From Chitinophagia bacterium (GTDB lineage Bacteria; Bacteroidota; Bacteroidia; Chitinophagales; Chitinophagaceae), in NCBI GenBank assembly GCA_037143275.1, contig JBAWZB010000004.1, positions 23,998 to 87,997 of the forward strand: a stretch of DNA of 64,000 bases. Direction: 5' to 3'. The number at the start of each line of letters is the position of its first letter. Within the stretch, counting starts at the first letter, position 1. The notes below the pieces were generated by a model. That model ran no database searches. It had not been told where the DNA came from and saw nothing but the letters and a program-made list of their open reading frames with translations. The position numbers and the translations under genes were made by a program. Shown here one piece after another: positions 57,836-64,000 of the stretch.

Positions 57836-59602
57836 ATGAAAATTCTCATCCAATACATTAAGCCTTTTAAAGGCTTAGTTTTTTTAGCCTTTTTACTTGC
57901 AGCAATCAATCAAACCTTTTCCCTATTTGATCCAATGATCTTTGGAAAGCTAATTGATGGCTTTGCTAAGAACCCTTTTTTAAACCCAGATGGAGGCGAG
58001 CGAACCCAAGCTATGTTCTTACAAGGTGTGGGCAATATGTTATTGCTTTTGGTAGGAACGGCCATGATCAGTAGAATTGCAAAGGCTTTTCAAGACTATA
58101 TCGTGAATGTAATTATCCAAAAGTTTGGCGCTGCCTTGTTTACAGATGGATTAAAACATTCTATGCAGTTGCCTTATCAGGCTTTCGAAGATCAAAGAAG
58201 TGGAGAAACTTTATCCATCCTTACAAAAGCACGTGCAGATTGTGAAAAATTTATTAGCTATGTGATTAATGTGGTATTTGGTATTGTAGTAAGTGTCGTA
58301 TTTGTTTCTGTGTATGCTACTCGTTTGCATTGGTCTATCATTCCAATCTATATTGGAGGTGCAAGTATGATTGCCTATGTGACCAATTTATTGAGTAAGA
58401 AAATAAAAGTTATTCAAAAAAATATTGTTCAAGAAACGACTAGTTTAGCAGGTACCACAACAGAAAGTTTAAGGAATATCGAATTGGTTAAAAGTCTTGG
58501 CTTGACAACGCAGGAAATTAACCGACTCAATAATAATACCTACAAAATATTAGCACTTGAATTAAAGAAAGTAAAAAATATTCGTTCTTTAAGTTTTATC
58601 CAAGGTACCATGGTGAATGCTTTGAGACAGGTGATCACTTTTACTTTAATGTGGTTGATCTTTAAAGAAATTTTGACGGTAGGCCAATTGATCTCATTGC
58701 AGTTTTATAGCTTCTTTATTTTTGGACCTTTGCAAGAAATTGGAAGTATCATTATGAGCTATAGAGAAACCGAAGCTTCTTTGAATAATTTTGATGCCTT
58801 GATGAAAAAGCCAATTGACACACCACCAGCCAACCCAATTGCCATTGGGGAGATTGAACAATTGGCTTTTAATCGAGTAGGTTTTCAACACCAGACGGCT
58901 AATTTTAAAGCCATCGATCAAATTAGCTTCGAAGCTAAAAAAGGTGAAACCATTGCGTTTGTTGGTCCATCTGGCGCGGGTAAAAGTACTTTGGTGAAAT
59001 TATTAGTTGGATTGTATGAACCTCAAGAAGGAGAAATCTTAATGAACGGCGTGAATACAGCACAAATTGATATGAGCGCGCTTCGCAATCAAATTAGTTT
59101 TGTGACACAGGATACACAGCTTTTTGCAGGCACCATTCAAGAAAACTTAGCATTCGTTGCACCAAATGCAACAGAGGAAGAAATGCTACTAGCTTTAACC
59201 AAAGCTAGTTGTGCGAATATTTTAGACAAAGGTGGCAATGGCTTAGCCACTGTAATTGGGGAAGGTGGTTTAAAATTAAGTGGTGGAGAAAAACAAAGAC
59301 TCTCTATTGCACGCGCATTACTAAGACATCCACATTTATTGATTTTTGATGAAGCCACTTCTTCATTAGATAGTTTAACCGAGGAGTCTATTACAGATAC
59401 CATCCGTGACCTATCAAAAGAAAGAGAGCAAATCACCATCATGATTGCACACAGACTAAGTACTATTATCCATGCAACAAGAATTTATGTATTGGAGAAA
59501 GGCACAGTGATTGAATCTGGAAACCATCAAAGCTTACTAGAAGAAAAGGGATTGTATTATGCTATGTGGAGACAACAAATTGGAGAACGTAAAGGACAAT
59601 AA
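57836..59602 (+). CDS. ABC transporter fused permease/ATPase
   Basis: TM domain plus GPSGAGKST, LSGGEKQR, FDEATSS and AHRLST. Start ATG 57836 (track 57779). Confidence 0.92.
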   Translation: MKILIQYIKPFKGLVFLAFLLAAINQTFSLFDPMIFGKLIDGFAKNPFLNPDGGERTQAMFLQGVGNMLLLLVGTAMISRIAKAFQDYIVNVIIQKFGAALFTDGLKHSMQLPYQAFEDQRSGETLSILTKARADCEKFISYVINVVFGIVVSVVFVSVYATRLHWSIIPIYIGGASMIAYVTNLLSKKIKVIQKNIVQETTSLAGTTTESLRNIELVKSLGLTTQEINRLNNNTYKILALELKKVKNIRSLSFIQGTMVNALRQVITFTLMWLIFKEILTVGQLISLQFYSFFIFGPLQEIGSIIMSYRETEASLNNFDALMKKPIDTPPANPIAIGEIEQLAFNRVGFQHQTANFKAIDQISFEAKKGETIAFVGPSGAGKSTLVKLLVGLYEPQEGEILMNGVNTAQIDMSALRNQISFVTQDTQLFAGTIQENLAFVAPNATEEEMLLALTKASCANILDKGGNGLATVIGEGGLKLSGGEKQRLSIARALLRHPHLLIFDEATSSLDSLTEESITDTIRDLSKEREQITIMIAHRLSTIIHATRIYVLEKGTVIESGNHQSLLEEKGLYYAMWRQQIGERKGQ

Positions 59603-59607
59603 ATTAT

Positions 59608-60057
59608 TTATTTTTCGTCTCTTTCGAATCTCTTTTTTAAATATTCCAATACAGTTGGGTCTTCTAGTCCTTCCATGTCACTTAATTCCAATTCGATTGC
59701 TTTTGTACTCAATCGGATTTCAAGTAAGGAGACTAAAATAGATACCGTAAAAGTAAGTAAGCTTACTGCAAAAATAAATTTTGCAATGGCTTGATATTGT
59801 ATAAAAATAAAAAACATCGAAAGCAAGGATAACAATAAGGATGCAACACCATAAGTCTGCATTCTTTGGATGAGTTTAATTCGGTATTTAAGGTTCTTAA
59901 TTTGTCTAAAAATCACCAGTCTGTCTTGCTCCTTTTGATACTTATCGTGTAATGCCCTTACACGGTTAGATAAAGCTAAAAATCGGTTGGTATAGGCCAA
60001 CATAATCAGACTTATAGCTGGAAATAATAAAGCTGGGATGTTCACTGAAAGTTCCAT
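59608..60057 (-). CDS. DUF2721-like membrane protein
   Basis: PALLFPAISLIMLAYTNRF and SLLEIRLS. Start ATG 60057 (track 60165). Confidence 0.8.
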   Translation of the reverse strand: MELSVNIPALLFPAISLIMLAYTNRFLALSNRVRALHDKYQKEQDRLVIFRQIKNLKYRIKLIQRMQTYGVASLLLSLLSMFFIFIQYQAIAKFIFAVSLLTFTVSILVSLLEIRLSTKAIELELSDMEGLEDPTVLEYLKKRFERDEK

Positions 60058-60102
60058 GATATAAAAATAGTAAAAATAAACCGGTATTTTTGCATCTACC
60101 CT

Positions 60103-61911
60103 ATGGAGAAAGAGCAGTTTAAGAAAATACAATCTAGCATCCCGCAAGAACCTGGTATTTATCAATATTTTGATGATAAAGGCAAACTATTGTACGTGGG
60201 TAAAGCAAAGCATTTAAGAAATCGTGTGAGTTCTTACTTTCTTTCCAATCAACATAATTTAAAAACTATTGAACTCGTACAACGAATTGATGAAATCAAA
60301 TTCACCATCGTTAATTCCGAGCACGATGCTTTTATTTTAGAGAATGAACTCATTAAAAACTATCAGCCCAAATACAATATCAATTTAAAAGACGATAAGA
60401 CTTATCCTTATATCGTCATTAAAAAAGAGCCATTCCCTAGGGTGTTTTTAACTAGACGTAAAATAAAAGATGGCTCCACTTATATTGGTCCATTCACGCA
60501 TGTATTTGCTGTTCGAGAATTGATTAACCATATTAAGGAAACCATTCCTTTAAGAACTTGTACTTTACCACTTTCTCCTAAAAATATTCAGCAAGGTAAA
60601 TTTAAAGTCTGTTTAGAATACCATTTAGGGAATTGTAAAGGACCTTGTCAAAACTTTCAAACTGAGGCAGACTATGCCATTTCAATAGATCAAGTAAAAC
60701 ATTTATTAAAAGGGAATGTTAAACCATTGGTGCAAAATTTAAAAGAGACCATGCAGGCAGAAGCTGCGGCACTTGCTTTTGAAAAAGCCAATGAAACCAA
60801 GAAAAAAATAGATGAATTAGAACGTTACCAGACCAAATCTGAAATTCTAACGAAGCAACAAGAAGCCATGGATGTATTTAGCATCGCCATGGAAGAGGAT
60901 CAAGCTTATGTCAATTACCTGATGTTACAAGAAGGACGCATTGTTCAAACACATATGTTGCCTTTAAGTACCCCTTTGGAAGAATCCAAAGAAACCATAC
61001 TTGCTTTTGCCATTCATTACTTTAGGACCCAACTAGAATCAGAAGCTAAAGAAATTATTGTACCTATTGAGCCCTTTGAAAAAGAGCTAGGTGTAAAATA
61101 TACTGTTCCAAAACTAGGTGAGAAATTACATTTATTAGCCCTCTCTCAAAAGAATGTCGATTATGCATTAAAGGATTGGAAACATAGACAAGCCTTGGTG
61201 AAAGTAAGCGAGACTGCTCCAGTCAATGAACTATTAGTTGAACTAAAGCAATTACTTTCTTTACCTGCAGTACCAAACCATATTGAGTGTTTTGATAACT
61301 CCAATTTTCAGGGTGCCTATCCGGTTTCTGCAATGGTCTGTTTTAAAAATGGGGTACCTAGCAAATCTGATTATCGTAAATTCAATATTAAAACTGTAGT
61401 GGGTATCAATGACTTCGCAAGTATGCATGAGACCGTGTTAAGACGCTATACATCTGTCTTGCAGAAAAAGCATCCACTACCTCAGTTGATCATCATTGAT
61501 GGTGGTAAAGGGCAATTAAATGCGGCTTTAGATGCATTAAAAGAATTAGGTATTCAAGACAAGGTCACCACTGTTGGCTTGGCTAAAAATATAGAAGAAT
61601 TGTTCTTTCCAGGAGATAGTCGTTCCATTTTATTGAACTGGAATAGTGCCGCCCACAACCTAGTTCGAAATATCAGGGATGAAGTGCACCGTTTTGGGAT
61701 CACTTTCCATAGAGCTCAGAGATCTAAAGGTGCATTGGAAAACAGCTTGGACCATATCGAAGGGATTGGACCTAAAACCAAAGAAACTTTATTGACTTAT
61801 TTTAAATCGGTCAGTAAAATAAAAAGCGCCAATCCCAGCATCTTAACTGAACTGATTGGCGCTTCAAAAACCAAGATCTTAATGGCTGCTTTTGAAAAAG
61901 AAAAGCATTAA
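60103..61911 (+). CDS. uvrC: excinuclease ABC subunit C
   Basis: GIY-YIG (PGIY...YVGKA), ECFDNSN, IIDGGKGQ, RDEVHRF and HhH GIGPK. Confidence 0.96.
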   Translation: MEKEQFKKIQSSIPQEPGIYQYFDDKGKLLYVGKAKHLRNRVSSYFLSNQHNLKTIELVQRIDEIKFTIVNSEHDAFILENELIKNYQPKYNINLKDDKTYPYIVIKKEPFPRVFLTRRKIKDGSTYIGPFTHVFAVRELINHIKETIPLRTCTLPLSPKNIQQGKFKVCLEYHLGNCKGPCQNFQTEADYAISIDQVKHLLKGNVKPLVQNLKETMQAEAAALAFEKANETKKKIDELERYQTKSEILTKQQEAMDVFSIAMEEDQAYVNYLMLQEGRIVQTHMLPLSTPLEESKETILAFAIHYFRTQLESEAKEIIVPIEPFEKELGVKYTVPKLGEKLHLLALSQKNVDYALKDWKHRQALVKVSETAPVNELLVELKQLLSLPAVPNHIECFDNSNFQGAYPVSAMVCFKNGVPSKSDYRKFNIKTVVGINDFASMHETVLRRYTSVLQKKHPLPQLIIIDGGKGQLNAALDALKELGIQDKVTTVGLAKNIEELFFPGDSRSILLNWNSAAHNLVRNIRDEVHRFGITFHRAQRSKGALENSLDHIEGIGPKTKETLLTYFKSVSKIKSANPSILTELIGASKTKILMAAFEKEKH

Positions 61912-62994
61912 TTAATAGACCCAACGATCTTGTTCAAAATCAAATATTTTTTGCTTAATCTTTTCCCCTTCTTGTAATCTTTTGATAGGGTCTTTGAATA
62001 AGGCATTCAACATCTTGTCATTGTAATTGTCTAAAGTGGACTTTACCACATACCCATTGAAATAACGACTCTCAAATAATTCCTCCCATGTAATACGGCT
62101 AGAGATATTTCTTGGATTGTACACTTCTGCTTTTGCTAGGCTGGTTCTTAGTTCTGGATAATACACCCAAAACAAAGGACGCTTCACGACCTTATTGCCT
62201 ATTTGAATCGCAGCAATTGGTGCGATACCAATGATCCTGCTATACATTCTACTTGTCTTACTATCAAAAATCCATTGTTCTTTTAATCTAAACGTATAAA
62301 TAGAATCTGGATTAGGCGCTAAATTGGTATTATAAATAATGCTGGTATCATACACATTTGGATCCAATACGTTTTGAACCAACTGTGTATCCAAGCTTCC
62401 TTTTAATGACGCATTCACTTCGTCTATACTCAATGGTGTAGTAAATCGATCATCCACCGTTGAAAAAGGAACCACTCCGTCTTTTTCTATGGCGCGTAAT
62501 AACACAGCAAAGAATCGTTGGTCGCCATTTTCATCATAGGATTGATACATAAAAGTTCTGTTGATCTTTTCTCTTGCATCAATTTCCTCCCAAATAAATT
62601 CACTGAATAAAGCATCTTCCTCTCTTAAATTTTCATAAGGTAAGGGTACTCTTTCTTTCATCCCTTTTCTTGAATTGGTTTCAGAAAAGAAAGCATACCC
62701 ATTTCTTAAACTTCTTTTATTATTTGCATTGAATCCGCCCACTACAGTCGTGTCAATATTTTTTGATGGCTTTACATCCGTAACAGTTGGCGCTGCAGCT
62801 ACTTGATTATTTGTTAGAGGCTTCGTCACAGGTTTTGCAATCACTGTATCTTTTGTCGCCGCATTAGTAGGCGTTGTTTTCTTTTTAGCTCCATAAGAAA
62901 ACTGCGCATTTGCAGATAGATGCAATACCAAGGAGGCAAGAACGATGCAGCTTGTTTTCATTGTTATTTTCATAAGTCCCTTTTTTATTTTCAA
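61912..62994 (-). CDS. gldN: gliding motility / T9SS protein GldN (PorN)
   Basis: PYENLREED...WEEID.REKIN, FDSKTSRM...GIAP, FWVYYP and TWEELFESR; follows gldM. Confidence 0.9.
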   Translation of the reverse strand: MKIKKGLMKITMKTSCIVLASLVLHLSANAQFSYGAKKKTTPTNAATKDTVIAKPVTKPLTNNQVAAAPTVTDVKPSKNIDTTVVGGFNANNKRSLRNGYAFFSETNSRKGMKERVPLPYENLREEDALFSEFIWEEIDAREKINRTFMYQSYDENGDQRFFAVLLRAIEKDGVVPFSTVDDRFTTPLSIDEVNASLKGSLDTQLVQNVLDPNVYDTSIIYNTNLAPNPDSIYTFRLKEQWIFDSKTSRMYSRIIGIAPIAAIQIGNKVVKRPLFWVYYPELRTSLAKAEVYNPRNISSRITWEELFESRYFNGYVVKSTLDNYNDKMLNALFKDPIKRLQEGEKIKQKIFDFEQDRWVY

Positions 62995-63028
62995 ATCTGC
63001 TTTTTCTTTTACGAGCTAGTAGGATCTA

Positions 63029-64000
63029 CTATTGTAAAATGAAAGTGATTGTTTGATCTAATTTTCTTGATCCACCACCCGGCTCTGACACTTTAATTTC
63101 TCCAATGGTTACGGTTGTCCCTGCTTGACATTTTCTAATTAATGCGGTTGCACCACCAGAGAACGCTGGACCATTTACTTCTGCAAAATCAGGCTCATCA
63201 AAACCTTTACCAGTTGCGATTACAATAAATGATACAACATTGAATTTTACACCTTCAAAAACAAAATCTCTTAAATCGGCAATCACCCCACCCTGAGCTC
63301 TAAATTTAGCAGCAGCCATATTGCCTCCAGCACTTCCGCCCACAATCGCAATTGGATCTGGGATTCTCTTAACAGGGATATTTAATTTCTGTGTTTGCTT
63401 GCCATCATTGACCGTGACAATAGCAGTACCTGTTTGAGTACAAGTCACAATATATTGTCCAGAACCTGCTTTTCTAATATTCGCTCCTGCACCTTCCACT
63501 GTGACATTTATTTTTTCGCCTCCACCTCCACCAGTGATACTTAATGGATTTTCTAAGCCCTTATAAAATACCCTCGTTTTATCTGTAGATACAACCAAAC
63601 CAGAAGGTGTACCAACGGTAAATTGTACTTCTTTTTCAACTACAGCTGTTTCACCGTTTGGCTTTAAAAAAGAAATTCGAACACGCTTTCTTTGAATGCC
63701 TGGAGTTGCGCCAGCAACAGATTTATACACAGCAGAGCCATCTGCTGCTACAGGCACTACTACACCATCAATTGATATCGTTGGTTTTGCAGCACTGCTA
63801 AATGCACCTACACCAGCTGTGATCACCAATTCTTCCCCTGACATTAAATATTGTGAGTTAGATGCAGCAAATGCACTAAACTGATCGTATACCAATTCCA
63901 CTTCACCAATCTCTTTATGGCAATATTCAACGACCTGTGCTTCTGTATTACGGATATCATTTTGAAACTTAGTCAATATTGTAATTGCTGCAATGGTTGG
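63029..64000 (-). CDS. gldM: gliding motility / T9SS protein GldM, C-terminal part (5' end outside the window)
   Basis: The frame is open to base 64000 and reads PTIAAITILTKFQND; also DKTRVFYKGLENP and VKRIPDP. Confidence 0.9.
   Translation of the reverse strand, partial: PTIAAITILTKFQNDIRNTEAQVVEYCHKEIGEVELVYDQFSAFAASNSQYLMSGEELVITAGVGAFSSAAKPTISIDGVVVPVAADGSAVYKSVAGATPGIQRKRVRISFLKPNGETAVVEKEVQFTVGTPSGLVVSTDKTRVFYKGLENPLSITGGGGGEKINVTVEGAGANIRKAGSGQYIVTCTQTGTAIVTVNDGKQTQKLNIPVKRIPDPIAIVGGSAGGNMAAAKFRAQGGVIADLRDFVFEGVKFNVVSFIVIATGKGFDEPDFAEVNGPAFSGGATALIRKCQAGTTVTIGEIKVSEPGGGSRKLDQTITFILQ

Noticed and set aside
62760-62900. T/K/P/A/V-rich low-complexity stretch at the GldN N-terminus
   Set aside because: It looks like an ordinary flexible linker after the signal peptide, with no discrete DNA repeat.

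Overview
This is an AT-rich, densely packed core-genome segment of a Bacteroidota bacterium. The phylum is supported by the fused lpxC-fabZ, gldM/gldN, TAnnTTTG -7 promoter boxes, the absence of Shine-Dalgarno motifs and a split ATP synthase operon; a Chitinophagaceae-like affinity is only my inference. I find about 61 CDS, almost all housekeeping: lipid A synthesis, leuS, pheT, ruvB/ruvC, atpBEFHA, rel, purA, rplS, rny, dnaB, dnaX, gpmI, uvrC and gldMN. Two genes are cut by the window edges: a PhnP-like hydrolase that the ORF track missed, and gldM. I see no tRNA, rRNA, CRISPR array, IS element, integrase or phage gene, and no clearly new multi-gene system. The best leads are small cis-level signals: (1) DnaA-box-like 9-mers spaced exactly 11 bp apart upstream of dnaB, a possible oriC; (2) an A10 slippery run in dnaX, inside an 8-bp inverted repeat, where both shifted frames stop at once; (3) a synonymously recoded duplicate of the last 8 codons of yciH/SUI1 just past its stop codon; (4) a 39% acidic, probably disordered 116-aa protein; (5) a short structured spacer at the zapA-rny position where 6S RNA could be expected; (6) a terminator-like leader before greA. 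All family names come from motif recognition, not database searches. Where I moved a start codon away from the ORF track, the evidence field says so.
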